DNA from: Schaalia odontolytica
GTDB taxonomy: Bacteria; Actinomycetota; Actinomycetes; Actinomycetales; Actinomycetaceae
DNA length: 32,000 bases
Assembly (NCBI RefSeq): GCF_005696695.1
Contig: NZ_CP040006.1
Span: 210,001 to 242,000 of the forward strand
Direction of reading: 5' to 3'
In this document: piece after piece, positions 31,352-32,000 of the stretch
How positions within the stretch are numbered: position 1 is the first letter of the stretch
How the letters are laid out: each line of letters starts with the position of its first letter
Notes under the pieces: model-generated
Told to the model about the DNA's origin: nothing
Databases searched by the model: none
What the model saw: the letters and a program-made list of their open reading frames with translations, nothing else
Made by a program: the position numbers and the translations under genes

Positions 31352-32000
31352 GTGAAGTCACGCAGGACACCCGCCGTCAGCCCCCTGCCCGTCTGGGCGG
31401 GGGGCCTCGGTGCGCTCGCCCTGTGCTTCCTGATCCTGCCCCTGGCCTTCATGCTGGGGCGCGTCAACTGGGCCACCCTCGGCACGACCCTCGCGACGCC
31501 GGAGGCGGCCTCGGCCCTGGGCCTCTCGCTGCGCACGTGCGCCATCGCGCTCGGCGTGGACCTCCTCCTCGGCATCCCCGCGGCCCTCGTGCTGTCCCGT
31601 TCGTGGCGGGGCGTGCGCGCCGCCCGTATTCTCGTCGCCCTGCCGCTCTCGCTGCCGCCCGTCGTCGCGGGCATCGCGCTGCTCGCTGCCTTCGGCAGGC
31701 GCTCGGCCCTCGGCGCGCTCCTCAGCGGCGTCGGCCTCGACATCGCCTTCACGACAACCGCCGTCGTCATCGCCCAGGTCTTCGTTTCCCTGCCCTTCCT
31801 CATCGTCACCCTCGAGTCCGCGCTGCGCGCCCGCGAGCAGGGGCTCGACGAGATGGCCTCCTCCCTGGGGGCCTCGCCCACGCGCGTGTTCTGGCAGATC
31901 ACCCTGCCGACGGTCCTGCCCGGCCTTGGGCGTGGCGCCGCCCTCGCGCTGGCCCGATGCCTCGGCGAGTTCGGTGCGACCCTCACCTTCGCGGGGTCCA
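31352..32000 (+). CDS. modB: Molybdate ABC transporter permease ModB (N-terminal ~216 codons; continues past the window end)
   Basis: Absent from the ORF track because there is no stop in the window. My translation from GTG 31352 reads VKSRRTPAVSPLPVWAGGLGALALCFLILPL...LPLSLPPVVAGIALLAAFG...MASSLGASPTRVFWQITLP...GEFGATLTFAGS, which includes the ABC permease EAA-type loop. Confidence 0.85.
   Translation, partial: MKSRRTPAVSPLPVWAGGLGALALCFLILPLAFMLGRVNWATLGTTLATPEAASALGLSLRTCAIALGVDLLLGIPAALVLSRSWRGVRAARILVALPLSLPPVVAGIALLAAFGRRSALGALLSGVGLDIAFTTTAVVIAQVFVSLPFLIVTLESALRAREQGLDEMASSLGASPTRVFWQITLPTVLPGLGRGAALALARCLGEFGATLTFAGS

Overview
High-GC (roughly two-thirds G+C by eye) actinobacterial chromosome segment; gene content and cell-wall-binding repeats suggest an Actinomyces-like organism, but that is inference. 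The first third holds housekeeping and transport genes: a partial NCS2 uracil/xanthine permease, tRNA-Ser(GGA), a YbaK-type deacylase, tRNA-Arg(ACG), gluQ, a crcB pair, metNIQ, yagU, upp and tadA. From about 11.6 kb to the window end lies a dense molybdenum-cofactor and respiratory nitrate reductase island: mogA, moaC, moeA, moaA, narK, narGHJI, a wHTH-MoaD fusion, moaE, moeB, mobA, a divergent moaB, and modAB. A secreted MBL-fold hydrolase with about 12 cell-wall-binding repeats interrupts the island. I found no defence system, prophage, CRISPR array or transposase. The most unusual items are: (1) the only MoaD in the window is fused in frame to the C-terminus of a winged-helix regulator-like protein, next to an E1-like MoeB lacking its usual zinc cysteines; (2) a roughly 100-bp GC-rich hairpin repeat family with compensatory stem changes, found in three convergent intergenic regions; (3) an 800-bp noncoding, repeat-dense region after tRNA-Arg; (4) TadA carrying a roughly 300-aa proline-rich tail. 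Many long alternative-frame and antisense ORFs in the track are high-GC artefacts.
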